Shown here: positions 11,401 through 20,113 of the stretch, one piece after another
Layout of the letters: each line of letters starts with the position of its first letter
Position numbering within the stretch: the first letter of the stretch is position 1
Sequence record: PZ445450.1
Source of the DNA: a phage
Length of the DNA: 64,000 bases
Strand: one strand, 5' to 3'
Program-made: the position numbers and the translations under genes
The notes under the pieces: model-generated
Told to the model about the DNA's origin: nothing
Seen by the model: the letters and a program-made list of their open reading frames with translations, nothing else
Databases searched by the model: none

Positions 11401-14094
11401 AATGCCGTTGACCCTTATATCATCATGACTGCACTGAGATCAAACATGGACGGGACATCCATGTCTATGCAAATTCCGGTAACAAACGGGTACAAACGTG
11501 TTGTGATGATCATTAAGTGCGACTTAATAGGTAAACAAGTTCTTGCAGAAAACGGGACATCCACACATCCTTTTGAGATTGCTCTGCACTATCAGTTTGC
11601 TGACTCGCCTTTTGCAGGTGATAAGGGAATATCTGATACAGATGCACAGCGTTGTAAGAAAGTATTGTTGGGTGCAGGTTGGTGGTGGTATGAGTTTGAT
11701 TTAACAGACAAATTCACCGACACATCTAAAGTTGTAACAGGACTTCGTCTAGACCTTGGCGAGAACATGCACAAAGCTGTTTGTGATGGCACCTATGGTG
11801 ACCCTACAATATACCTAAAATATATTTCTTTTGAGCATCCGGAAGATGTTGTCTATGGTCCAAAACTGAGATTGTTTGGCAGTTGGATTGCAAAAGATAG
11901 GGTAGGCATGGGTAAGAAGGTAAGAGGGTTCTTGGTTGATGCAGGAACAGAAGACATGCTGGTTAATGCAGTATGGCCTGAATTACCTGGGACTCAGTGG
12001 GACAACTCAGCCAAATCTATAAACTGGTTTAACATTCATAGGGCCATGTGGACCACTAACTGCTACTTGTGGAGAGAGCTTAACGATCAGGCCTTTGGAT
12101 TCAGCGATGGTAGAAGGATGGCGATCATTTGCTGGACAACACTGCAAAGATGTTATGACCATGACTATGAGATTGGGGGCAGGGCATGGAAAAATATCAG
12201 GGATAGAATCATAACCAATTTTGCAGACGACAACGGTGGTGGAGCACATAACTTTGGCACAAGCCGACTCATCCATTTGAACGGATCCTCAGCCTACAAG
12301 AAAGAAGGTTACTCTGGGTCTATGATCGAGTGGGGTCTGGTGAAAGATGCTCGCGTATTGATGGGCCAGCAACTTGCTGCCGCAATAGGTCCCAGCGCAG
12401 TGCAGTCGGTTAAACCAGCGTGGTTCGATATTCCATTGTGGTCACCCGGAACACCGGGAACTGCTGCAATCAACCCTACCACTGGGGATCTAGAAATCTC
12501 CTGGGAGGACTTGAAGCAGGTCGGTGGTTGGGACAAAACAGGGTATCAGGTTCAGTGGTGGAGGGCTGATGGATCTTTAGCCGCTGATGAGTTTGTTAAG
12601 GACAATTTCTACACTATGTCCTCTGCAAAAGCACAGCAATTATTTGGTCAGGCAACTCCGTCAACGATCACCATGTCTATGTGCTGTAAAGACAACAGGA
12701 CTGGAGCTTTGGGGCCAAGGGTTGCTAAAGTTTTCTCAGGTATTAAATGGAATCTACCTGTCCAAAGTATTTCATGGAAGCAAATAGGTGATAACAAGCT
12801 GCTGGTTACCCCTGCCTGTCAGTTCAACGCAACTCTTAACGTTGATCCTGCTGTTGCGGCAAACTCAGCTAAAGCTTCTGACTTCTCTGTGTCTAACACT
12901 GCTATGGCAGATGTGAGGAAGATTGACACGCTGAACGCCAGAATTACCTGTAAAAACACTTATGGCACATTCCAGATCATCAACAACTTCACAGATGCTG
13001 ATTCTAAGGTAGTGAGGACAGCAAGCCAGACTTTGAGTTTAGGAACTCTGGCCTATGCGGCCCTGATCACTGAACAGTCGGCAACACTCCAAGGAGGTGG
13101 TGTAGGCAAGTCCATTACAACACCTGTGTGGAAGCCAAATGAGTGGGTTGTGTTTGATTTGACTGTGGACTTCTCCAGCGATAATAACTGGACATGGGTA
13201 AGGAATTGTTTGTCACAGTTGATGGGCGGTCCAAGCTCCGTTAGTGATAGTCACGACTCTACTGACCCGAGTGTGTTCCAGGTAGGTAAAACTCACCCAG
13301 AGACTGGAGAAACGTTGCCTGACAGGAAGTATGCGTTGGTTTGCATCTCTTACGGGAAGGCAGATGTCACCTTCTCAGGGACACACACTTATAACGGAAC
13401 CTACAATTTCTCAAGGAAGTATAGTCTCAAAGCAGGGAACATTATAGACGAGGTTGGTGCACTGTATAATCCTGGCAACGGCATAGGGATTGTGGGTGGT
13501 CAACTGCAGATGCAGGAACCTTCTATTACCCCTTCCAACGTATCTGGGATTAGAAAGACTTGGGAAAGTAGCAATACCAACATTGCAACAGTGGATGCTA
13601 CCACAGGACTGGTAACATTTAAAGCTACTGGGAATGTCACCATAAAGTTTGTAGTTACAGATGATGCAGGCCGCAAAACGTCCTCAACATCATTCACTGT
13701 CAAACAGATGGCACCTCAGTGGTTTATTTGGGAAGGAAATCCTCTTGACGGGGCCTACCCTAGACCTGCAGGAACGTCTAATATGAGGGTCTTTACCGGT
13801 CCGGTAATGAACAATCCGACCACAACCACCAACCCTACATTTTTTGGTGCTTACATACCTGAAATTATTGGCCTACCAAGGAACCAGATACAACTGCTTT
13901 TCGGAGCAGGTGTTGATGGTCTAGCCACTTTTGGGTACAGTGACAACATTGATGCAGCCAGAAGCTCGGGTTGGATTGGATTTAAGTTTCAGTGGAACCC
14001 TGGTGGTAGAACATTAGGTATTGCAAGCATAGGTGTTATGCTACCTGGTAACCAGCAATACCATCTCGAAGCTTATACAAACTTCCCTAGTTAA
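8467..14094 (+). CDS. Giant tail-associated protein (1875 aa) with Ig-like Big_2 domain; putative adhesin/host-specificity protein
   Basis: Uninterrupted 5.6-kb ORF with RBS; near C-terminus SNVSGIRKTWESSNTNIATVDATTGLVTFKATGNVTIKFVVTDDAGRKTSSTSFTV fits the Big_2 pattern. Confidence 0.6.
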   Translation: MLPIPLLKLGRHFLDKRGGIKELAVLSYPIDNSDGTSNTVSYVNSLAILFDDGQLNITGYNRFGECRTGDLDTINYPNEAAWNVDHVWRADRAFVIRTFDNQFFYIGCTAGLIGSDAAGGNDVCVREWTPLPEQIVKGLHLDTHPERLIEVMGGINNTVWVIAEAEGTGILNLYGSGNNTYGSLHVDKNQHATPVKIGETSENPETGPWKNPSINCEVHDNSVIFGGPRGFWIAGYDFLRNNSRNDLVWPPVQITRNDLRGIPADEEWKGFMCGPNGAIIATQRMHRPDDQQLVNVFYGQDVWGDDTWRSLNITYTHEVIMARGYGTSGIFFNNGTKQYRGFSRNLCNDIGAQSANNSPRANFIHYQALATAKYVEQRLPVSWTESVYFQGIHREGFLGTFTVVNGKLWWSGIPRGSFAGSNNLFGGRLNSQGFTEVPENWYKNVPVDSWGVDDIFDVNGVSSVSNIYIGDTVKMKLKPQPEGATFIIDKIELVNAAGTVVTDANYQFSTNWNHGGANEVVVTQYNRNVNRRGLYSVKITYHDKHGTGRTHTTRTLNWNTIVPAYPSNGKWHTVGRNKQFHVNDTVYFGLNGTQPAVEGDTSYMVRLHRMDAGSVTYDVTQEIYDQRRNTYNNLVQTQAVWEFNPNGRGGKMLQVNEQNGTSLTVHEHPDPWPDPGKPHPGARTLKIVSHDVGYFGIRWEATVRYADGTTNNIGITLGGTSEDNSLKIAYTPRGISIDNMDVVRNGYGDVNVKVTLGEHLGGERIIMYAFDHDPRTNGTYANQAWSYLINAPGPNTKEFYYGMKRDVCKKTGTHDWIAICVKDERTAWDEPVNRWFIGIPTRSDKYVAEYIVCMGGTNLNMCWNEDANKYSDYDYMRDYSCNQWFNQSTGYPPRQARVNPAIFTDTQVFLTKQANEVQTFKNKYDPNKWFYNCYGAFFWGPGELPGGGSCLNEATYASDYIMGQVKKYKIIPGPETLGNAVDPYIIMTALRSNMDGTSMSMQIPVTNGYKRVVMIIKCDLIGKQVLAENGTSTHPFEIALHYQFADSPFAGDKGISDTDAQRCKKVLLGAGWWWYEFDLTDKFTDTSKVVTGLRLDLGENMHKAVCDGTYGDPTIYLKYISFEHPEDVVYGPKLRLFGSWIAKDRVGMGKKVRGFLVDAGTEDMLVNAVWPELPGTQWDNSAKSINWFNIHRAMWTTNCYLWRELNDQAFGFSDGRRMAIICWTTLQRCYDHDYEIGGRAWKNIRDRIITNFADDNGGGAHNFGTSRLIHLNGSSAYKKEGYSGSMIEWGLVKDARVLMGQQLAAAIGPSAVQSVKPAWFDIPLWSPGTPGTAAINPTTGDLEISWEDLKQVGGWDKTGYQVQWWRADGSLAADEFVKDNFYTMSSAKAQQLFGQATPSTITMSMCCKDNRTGALGPRVAKVFSGIKWNLPVQSISWKQIGDNKLLVTPACQFNATLNVDPAVAANSAKASDFSVSNTAMADVRKIDTLNARITCKNTYGTFQIINNFTDADSKVVRTASQTLSLGTLAYAALITEQSATLQGGGVGKSITTPVWKPNEWVVFDLTVDFSSDNNWTWVRNCLSQLMGGPSSVSDSHDSTDPSVFQVGKTHPETGETLPDRKYALVCISYGKADVTFSGTHTYNGTYNFSRKYSLKAGNIIDEVGALYNPGNGIGIVGGQLQMQEPSITPSNVSGIRKTWESSNTNIATVDATTGLVTFKATGNVTIKFVVTDDAGRKTSSTSFTVKQMAPQWFIWEGNPLDGAYPRPAGTSNMRVFTGPVMNNPTTTTNPTFFGAYIPEIIGLPRNQIQLLFGAGVDGLATFGYSDNIDAARSSGWIGFKFQWNPGGRTLGIASIGVMLPGNQQYHLEAYTNFPS

Positions 14095-14105
14095 CAGGAG
14101 GAAAA

Positions 14106-14138
14106 TAAAAAAGGGGCCAAACGGCCCCTTTCTTTTTA
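14106..14138. terminator. Bidirectional rho-independent terminator between convergent genes
   Basis: Stem AAGGGGCC/GGCCCCTT with AAAC loop, flanked by A-run upstream and T-run downstream. Confidence 0.75.
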
Positions 14139-14141
14139 TAA

Positions 14142-14342
14142 TTAGTAATATTCCCAACACGACCCATCTTCAGACGGCTGGACACGCTTACCTTCATGAT
14201 CGACATAGGTGTAACCACAGCCTTCACAGATAACAGGTGCCGCGTAACCTTCCTTCCACTGGTCTTCTGTGATCAGTCCTTTCAGATCTCCGCAGTCACG
14301 ACCAAACAACTCTTCAGAACAATCTTTGCAAAAATCAGCCAT
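14142..14342 (-). CDS. Small Cys-rich zinc-ribbon-like protein
   Basis: 66-aa ORF with C..C pairs CKDCSEE and CEGCGY. Confidence 0.45.
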   Translation of the reverse strand: MADFCKDCSEELFGRDCGDLKGLITEDQWKEGYAAPVICEGCGYTYVDHEGKRVQPSEDGSCWEYY

Positions 14343-14345
14343 TTC

Positions 14346-14753
14346 TCAGTCCTCGCATTTAACAAATTTTTCTACAGATCCACCAAGCACAGCTTGCTGT
14401 TTTATGGCGCTTTCTTCATCATAGTGGATAGACTTATGTTCCGTACCCCCAAACTTACCTGTGTGAAAGGTGTGCACCCAAATCTCTTTGGGGAGGGATT
14501 TATTCTCTTTCTCCACCAACTCCCACATACCCCACAAGTGATCTGTGATATCTTTGATGAAATATCCCTCGCCGAGGTTTGTATTCACACTATAAGCTGA
14601 TTCGTGATCTCCACAAATATAACGGAAGGCTGTGTACTCTTTACCTGGTGTGAAGTGAGTATCCATTAGTATAGCTGTTAAAGAATAAGGGTCTCGAAAG
14701 CCCAAGAACTTTAGTTTAACAATTTCGACATTTACATCTGCAAGATTGTTCAT
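14346..14753 (-). CDS. Hypothetical protein
   Basis: Start moved to ATG 14753 (GAGGAG RBS); the track start 14792 would sit on the -10 of the adjacent promoter. Confidence 0.45.
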   Translation of the reverse strand: MNNLADVNVEIVKLKFLGFRDPYSLTAILMDTHFTPGKEYTAFRYICGDHESAYSVNTNLGEGYFIKDITDHLWGMWELVEKENKSLPKEIWVHTFHTGKFGGTEHKSIHYDEESAIKQQAVLGGSVEKFVKCED

Positions 14754-14783
14754 GACGATCTCCTCTGTTTGGTTGGTGAGATA

Positions 14784-14812
14784 ATCATACATAGATCTGA
14801 TGTTGGTGTCAA
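14784..14812 (-). promoter_or_regulatory. Sigma70-like promoter (minus strand)
   Basis: Minus strand reads TTGACA-N17-TATGAT; drives the leftward gene block. Confidence 0.55.
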
Positions 14813-14917
14813 GCTTAATTTTAAACGATTTTGGAGAGGTATTTTGTTCAGGAGGGTAATCACATAAGGTAGGACAATTTATGAAGGCACAGGCCTCGTT
14901 TGAGGCCTTAAAATCGA

Positions 14918-15298
14918 TTATGACACTTTTACGTAGCGCTCTGACAGGGCTGGAAAGCCAAAAGCAGTACCTATACTACCGTACGCTACCCACCATTGAA
15001 GTTCATCGTGACACCATTTTCCGATCAGGAAGGTGCTGGGGTAGCGGGTCAGTATTTTGGCATAAGCTTTAGGGTCTGCATCTTCTGGGATAATGATACT
15101 TGGAACATCTTTGTTATGACCACAGCAGCAGTTTAGAGTTTTCAATCCTGCCGCCCATAGACTCATGATAGGCTTAACCATGCACTTATCAAGGCACACA
15201 CGTTTTTTGCCGTCACGGAGCTTTTTAGGCACATCAACGATAACATTTTGATGCTTGGCACCTTTCACTTTCCAATTATAGGATTTACACTTGCACAT
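14918..15298 (-). CDS. Cys-rich hypothetical protein
   Basis: 126-aa ORF with CKCK and LNCCCGHNKD clusters; GGAG upstream. Confidence 0.45.
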   Translation of the reverse strand: MCKCKSYNWKVKGAKHQNVIVDVPKKLRDGKKRVCLDKCMVKPIMSLWAAGLKTLNCCCGHNKDVPSIIIPEDADPKAYAKILTRYPSTFLIGKWCHDELQWWVAYGSIGTAFGFPALSERYVKVS

Positions 15299-15328
15299 TT
15301 AATCAGTCTCCATCTAGAAAGCAATACT

Positions 15329-15499
15329 TTACTTAAAATCTTTGTCACCTATTACGATTGCACGAATCCACTCATTGTGATGTTCAATGGCGGCAAGGCG
15401 TAACATAATGCAGTGATTGTCATTACTAAACACGGTGCGGTAAGCTTTAGCAGCACCATGATATAACTTCCACATCAGGTAATGATATCTTCGCCTCAT
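15329..15499 (-). CDS. Small hypothetical protein (56 aa, not in ORF track)
   Basis: Hand-translated minus ORF filling the gap; ATG at 15499 preceded by GGAG. Confidence 0.3.
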   Translation of the reverse strand: MRRRYHYLMWKLYHGAAKAYRTVFSNDNHCIMLRLAAIEHHNEWIRAIVIGDKDFK

Positions 15500-15504
15500 G
15501 GCTC

Positions 15505-15975
15505 TTACTCCGGTTCAGGATCTGGGTAATCTTCAATAATAAAAGGCCATCCGTTCCGCTTAGCCTCAGACTTATACTCGATCTCCTTCATTGCAAACTC
15601 TAACTGATTTTTAGCCGGAATACATGCCGGAGAATCATCAATCCAAATATCCGGGTAGATATCAAACTGCGCCAGATAGGCTGCCTTCTGAACACCTCCA
15701 GTATAAAACACACCAACATCAAGCTCCTTGCGCCAATACTCAATGTCTACATTGTCTTGAGTAATGAATCGGAAAGTCACAAGGTAGACTGTCCACCCCT
15801 CCTTCTTCAGATCCCTGATCAGGCGGGAGAAGATGAAAGGGCTCGCATTAAATGTTCCATCAAAGTCAATGGCAATGATGTGTGTGCCGTGGCGTGTCTC
15901 ATATGGATTGCTTGTGGTAAGATTGCTGTAATTAAAAGGGACTTCTTCCCCGCAGTAGCTGTAGTCCATATTCAC
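15505..15975 (-). CDS. HAD-superfamily phosphatase-like protein
   Basis: Motif I IAIDFDGT (DxDGT), motif II YLVT, Lys region KAAY, motif IV IWIDDSP. Confidence 0.55.
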   Translation of the reverse strand: MNMDYSYCGEEVPFNYSNLTTSNPYETRHGTHIIAIDFDGTFNASPFIFSRLIRDLKKEGWTVYLVTFRFITQDNVDIEYWRKELDVGVFYTGGVQKAAYLAQFDIYPDIWIDDSPACIPAKNQLEFAMKEIEYKSEAKRNGWPFIIEDYPDPEPE

Positions 15976-16247
15976 ACCTTCTCGTTGATAAATTTACGGG
16001 CGGTTTGGTGAGTTGTTTCTGCTGTCTTCAGAATAATATTAATTTTATTGTCAAGATCATTCATCTCTGCAGTTAATTCAGGAATCTCCCCGGCATGCAT
16101 AGTGAAATCATACATAGACATGCCCAGAATCTCATTGATGCGGCGGTTGCATTCTGCAGCACGCTGGTTCATTTTCCAAGCTAACACCAAAGCCTCCTGC
16201 GTAGCCTCTAGTGCAAAATCTAATACGTCGGCCTCTTCTTTCGTCAT
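15972..16247 (-). CDS. Hypothetical protein
   Basis: Start moved to internal ATG 16247 with AGGAGA RBS; the track's longer form overlaps the next gene by 236 nt. Confidence 0.45.
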   Translation of the reverse strand: MTKEEADVLDFALEATQEALVLAWKMNQRAAECNRRINEILGMSMYDFTMHAGEIPELTAEMNDLDNKINIILKTAETTHQTARKFINEKV

Positions 16248-16302
16248 CTTTCTCTCCTGTTGTATTGTTGGTAGGTGTATGAATACCTTATAACCCACCT
16301 TT

Positions 16303-16869
16303 TTATTCAAACTGCAATAGTAAGTCCACCACCGCGCTAGGTCTGTCAACAAATTCCCCAGGTCCACATGCCCACAGAGGGTATCCGTCCACATACCGCC
16401 AAATCCAACCTGCAGTGTGGAGTTCGAGCAGGGCAGTACCGTCCTTACTGTCAACCACTCTTTCCCACAGTGTTGGGCAGCGAAGCTTGAGAATCGGATC
16501 ACCTCCCTTATACCCGTCCATGTAGATACCCATTGCAAAGTTCAGCATCATCTTTTTGTGCACTGATCTCTTACTGAGGGTGCTCATCACTTCCTCTTTG
16601 TGAATGTTTGTAAGCTTCTCTTTGGCTACCCGCAGATCGTTGCAACCATTGTTCAGCAGATCTTCCAGACACTTGATCCGGAGGTCGTGAATGTCTTTGT
16701 CGTGTACCGTTGGCACAGGGTCGTAGCGGTATAGCACTGTTGATACAAGGTTGCTCGGGTGTGGGTCTGACAGCAACCCATAACCCCAATACTCTTCTGT
16801 ATCTGAAAGGACAAGACACCCAATGTCTCTGTCAAGCTTTCCTGTGTTGTAAGCCACATTGACCGCCAT
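16303..16869 (-). CDS. Hypothetical protein (188 aa)
   Basis: ORF with GGAG upstream of ATG; no confident motif. Confidence 0.45.
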   Translation of the reverse strand: MAVNVAYNTGKLDRDIGCLVLSDTEEYWGYGLLSDPHPSNLVSTVLYRYDPVPTVHDKDIHDLRIKCLEDLLNNGCNDLRVAKEKLTNIHKEEVMSTLSKRSVHKKMMLNFAMGIYMDGYKGGDPILKLRCPTLWERVVDSKDGTALLELHTAGWIWRYVDGYPLWACGPGEFVDRPSAVVDLLLQFE

Positions 16870-16871
16870 GA

Positions 16872-17117
16872 CTATAGCTCCACTAGCAAAGTGCTTTCAA
16901 AGTGCCGTTCATGCAGACCGTTGTAAGGGACCACTTCCACAACACCATCACGGACATACGGGGCCATCATAGTGGTATAATCTCCAAACGGGTTGGTATT
17001 GTCACTAACCACAACCACCTTCTGCCCTTCCTTGGCAGAGTGCCAAATAGATCTACACTTCATCAGGTGTTCGAGAGCTCCAGGTAAAATTTTGTTACGT
17101 TCTTTACGGGTCTTCAT
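16872..17117 (-). CDS. Hypothetical protein
   Basis: 81-aa ORF tightly packed in leftward operon. Confidence 0.4.
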   Translation of the reverse strand: MKTRKERNKILPGALEHLMKCRSIWHSAKEGQKVVVVSDNTNPFGDYTTMMAPYVRDGVVEVVPYNGLHERHFESTLLVEL

Positions 17118-17563
17118 AACAGATATAGCTCCTTATGAAAGTGGTCTTTTAATTTCTCACTGAGAAACTTCTTGATACCTTCCTCTAAAGTGTTTTCGAT
17201 GTAGTCCAGCTTAACTGCTTCGATGGACATATCATAGATTGCCAGCTCTAAGCTGTCAAGTCCCATCATAGCATGAACCATAAGATTTTCATCTTCAGAT
17301 ACATTCAGGGGACTTCCTATAACATCTGGAGGCAGAATAGTTTCCCAATTATTCTGGGTGGTAGTTCTCCCGCCATCTACTTTACGGCGCAGTTCGAATG
17401 TGTTCTTAGTGTAGAACACTTCATAAGAAACGATACGACTGTCACTCTCATAATAAACGAAGTTCAGGTAGGAGCCTAGCCGCAGTCGGCAAACTTCCAC
17501 CCCAAACCATTGTTTCTTATAAGAATTCAGGCTAATGCTGTCGCATTCACGTTTGCTCAACAC
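17114..17563 (-). CDS. Hypothetical protein
   Basis: 149-aa ORF, 4-nt overlap with downstream gene. Confidence 0.4.
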   Translation of the reverse strand: MLSKRECDSISLNSYKKQWFGVEVCRLRLGSYLNFVYYESDSRIVSYEVFYTKNTFELRRKVDGGRTTTQNNWETILPPDVIGSPLNVSEDENLMVHAMMGLDSLELAIYDMSIEAVKLDYIENTLEEGIKKFLSEKLKDHFHKELYLL

Positions 17564-17579
17564 GGCTATCTCCTTTTTG

Positions 17580-17813
17580 TTAATCTTCGTAAATCAGGAT
17601 TTCTGCTTTAGGTTTTCGTGCTTTCAGGTCCAGCTCTATCCAGTGCACCACAGCTGTTTCAAGAAAAACAGCTTGGATGCATCCGTCCTCAGCGTGCCCC
17701 ACCAACATAACGAGATCTTCACCTTCGTCATCTGCATCACGAACATAAAGAATCTCTCCAGATTCGAAGTCTTTCACAACCTGATTGCTAGATAATTTTC
17801 GAATTTTTGCCAT
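17580..17813 (-). CDS. Hypothetical small protein, possible distant relative of the 87-aa triplet
   Basis: 77-aa ORF adjacent to the tandem triplet. Confidence 0.4.
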   Translation of the reverse strand: MAKIRKLSSNQVVKDFESGEILYVRDADDEGEDLVMLVGHAEDGCIQAVFLETAVVHWIELDLKARKPKAEILIYED

Positions 17814-17814
17814 A

Positions 17815-18078
17815 TCAGAAACCCTCTAAAAAGCTCTTGTAGAAAACAATCTCAGTATCCACACCAGTCACAATCTTGTCGTTCCTGATTTCATCGGTAA
17901 GATAGGTGTCAAAACGCAGAACCTGTGTGGTGTTGTCACACATCCACTCAGCTGTGACCATTGCGAAAATCTTAGCATCTTCATTATCTGGTGTGAATGT
18001 TACCACCTCACCGCACTTAAACTTTTCGATAGGCTGAGTGTTAGCTTTCGGTTCTGCGATAGTGATTTTTGTGGTCAT
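17815..18078 (-). CDS. Small protein, tandem paralog 1 of 3
   Basis: Exactly 264 nt like its two neighbours; shared pattern PGTVV / CGEVV ... ILGE. Confidence 0.5.
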   Translation of the reverse strand: MTTKITIAEPKANTQPIEKFKCGEVVTFTPDNEDAKIFAMVTAEWMCDNTTQVLRFDTYLTDEIRNDKIVTGVDTEIVFYKSFLEGF

Positions 18079-18341
18079 TATTCTCCTCCTTCTTTTGAAT
18101 AGCTTGTCTCTCCAAGGATGGTAATTTTGGTGTCAAGCTCTGTAACTTTCATGTTTGGCGGCAGATCGTACAACTCATTATTTTCTAAATCGAACCCCCA
18201 CACACAATGTTCTCCTGTTTTGACAATCATAACTATGTTTTGAATGCCGTCTCCGTCGCAACTTACCACGGTCCCACACGGAAAACTGTCTGCACGCTTT
18301 TTGTTCTTCACCTTAGAATTGAATACAATGCTGGTAGCCAT
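18078..18341 (-). CDS. Small protein, tandem paralog 2 of 3
   Basis: 264-nt ORF; start/stop overlap with neighbours; conserved CGTVV..IVMIVK..ILGE. Confidence 0.5.
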   Translation of the reverse strand: MATSIVFNSKVKNKKRADSFPCGTVVSCDGDGIQNIVMIVKTGEHCVWGFDLENNELYDLPPNMKVTELDTKITILGETSYSKEGGE

Positions 18342-18604
18342 TATTGTTCCTCCACCATAACTTCGCCAAGAATTTCTATGCAGGCATCCATTTCTGTAAC
18401 AACCAAACTGTGAGGTAGTTCTACAAACACCTTTCTGAACAGATCAAATACCCCAACATATATGTTTGCAGGATGTGATTTTACAACAAGTGCTGTATTC
18501 ACATCCCCAAGTTCATCAACAAACATCACCACAGTGCCTGGAGCTACTGAGGACAGATACTTCTTAGTTTTACGGTTTGATGCAAATTTTAACTCTGTTG
18601 CCAT
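18341..18604 (-). CDS. Small protein, tandem paralog 3 of 3
   Basis: 264-nt ORF; conserved PGTVV..ALVVK..ILGE. Confidence 0.5.
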   Translation of the reverse strand: MATELKFASNRKTKKYLSSVAPGTVVMFVDELGDVNTALVVKSHPANIYVGVFDLFRKVFVELPHSLVVTEMDACIEILGEVMVEEQ

Positions 18605-18619
18605 AAATAACCTCCTCTC

Positions 18620-20080
18620 TTACTTAGCGTACTCGATTAATTCCACAGTTTTCCCAAAGCTCGGGATATAATTTTTATTATACCCTTCAGTTAGGACCCA
18701 TAGAGTATCGTACTTTTTCCACTTGTTGTCAACAGCCTTTTGTTCAAAGTTATGCTCAAAGTATAGGTCGGTCAGGACGATGACATCTTTTGCATTCGGT
18801 ATGTTGGCATCCAGATACTCGAACACGCAAGCAGCTGTTGTGCCCCATGTTGAGTGGACCTCATAGTTGATCATCTCGTCTATGTTGCCGCGAGTGTATA
18901 CTTTAACCTCTCCAACCTCAGTTGACCAACAGAACATTGTAACCTTAAACTCTTTATACAGATTGCACAATCCGGTGATTTCATTGAACATTTTCTTTAA
19001 AGTTCTTTGAGAGATCGAGCCAGAAACGTCTAAAGCTACAACAATATCTATGGTGTTTTCCGGATTACGACCAGGAACAATAACGTGCTGGTTCTTGTTT
19101 ATAGCCCCAACTTTTCGCATTGTGCTGGTCAAAGACCCAGATCGGCGACCAGGTTTTCTGTAGGTCAGTTCAGCCTTTCGTTTAGACAACATGCGTTGCT
19201 TAATGATGTCTATATAGTTGATTACAGGCTTACCCCTGTTCTTGACAAACTCACGCACCGCCTCAGGGCAACGACCTCCGGAAGCTTGCATTGCTGCTTC
19301 CAGCATGTCACCAGAGTCTTGCATGGCCTGATCTTTATCAGATTGGCTGATTACAGGTTGTGGCTGATCATACCCCATAGCCTTTCCGAGATCATCACTG
19401 GTGCCACCGTTCCCACTCATGTGATCATCGGTTTGTCGCTTATCCCCCTGAGAGTTATCACCTTTACCACTCTTACTTTTACCGTTATTCTGATCTCTTT
19501 GCTTATCAAGAACTGCATAGACGTTCTCAGCAATCCATCCATGAAACCTCATGTCGCAGTAGCAGCTGGCTAAGAAACCAAAAGGCTTACCTTTTACGAA
19601 CGTAGTGCTTTTCCCCTTCGGGAAGAAAACACAAGGAGGCTTGCTAAAGTCCACCACAAGGCCTGTGTTGATAACGTGATCACAAGCAATATTGAACAGC
19701 TCTGGCTCAAAGCTTTTACCACGGACTAGGTGATCACAGATAATATGCCCCACCTCATGTGACAGAAGAAAGGCCACCTCTTTCACAGATTTGGGGGAAT
19801 AGAAAACCTCAGCCATTTCAAACTGCTCGTCAGTCAGAGATGCTTTAAGAATTGTTTTGCGCTCATCTGCCAATCCCATAATGAATTCGGGGCTGTAGTA
19901 GATGCGTTTATGGTCGGTTGCCATGGTGGAGCACCATGTGTGGTTTTCTACGAACTGCAACCCTGACAGCAGTGTGCCGTAAAACGGCAGCTTTTCAAGG
20001 AGATACATACGTGCAGCCTGCAACATTCTCAGGGCATCATCTTTTTGTGAGGCAATGATTTCTGAACTTCTGCTATCCAT
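18620..20080 (-). CDS. vWA-domain protein with N-terminal HExxH metallopeptidase-like motif
   Basis: HEVGHIICDH zinc-peptidase motif; C-terminal MIDAS-like VVALDVSGSIS; ATG 20080 with GGAG preferred over track TTG 20101. Confidence 0.65.
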   Translation of the reverse strand: MDSRSSEIIASQKDDALRMLQAARMYLLEKLPFYGTLLSGLQFVENHTWCSTMATDHKRIYYSPEFIMGLADERKTILKASLTDEQFEMAEVFYSPKSVKEVAFLLSHEVGHIICDHLVRGKSFEPELFNIACDHVINTGLVVDFSKPPCVFFPKGKSTTFVKGKPFGFLASCYCDMRFHGWIAENVYAVLDKQRDQNNGKSKSGKGDNSQGDKRQTDDHMSGNGGTSDDLGKAMGYDQPQPVISQSDKDQAMQDSGDMLEAAMQASGGRCPEAVREFVKNRGKPVINYIDIIKQRMLSKRKAELTYRKPGRRSGSLTSTMRKVGAINKNQHVIVPGRNPENTIDIVVALDVSGSISQRTLKKMFNEITGLCNLYKEFKVTMFCWSTEVGEVKVYTRGNIDEMINYEVHSTWGTTAACVFEYLDANIPNAKDVIVLTDLYFEHNFEQKAVDNKWKKYDTLWVLTEGYNKNYIPSFGKTVELIEYAK

Positions 20081-20113
20081 TAAAACTCCAGAAGGGGCCA
20101 ATGGCCCCTGTCA

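Noticed and set aside
19085-19573. Plus-strand 162-aa ORF inside the vWA/metallopeptidase gene
   Set aside because: Antisense to a motif-supported gene, no RBS, Ser/Leu-rich shadow-ORF composition
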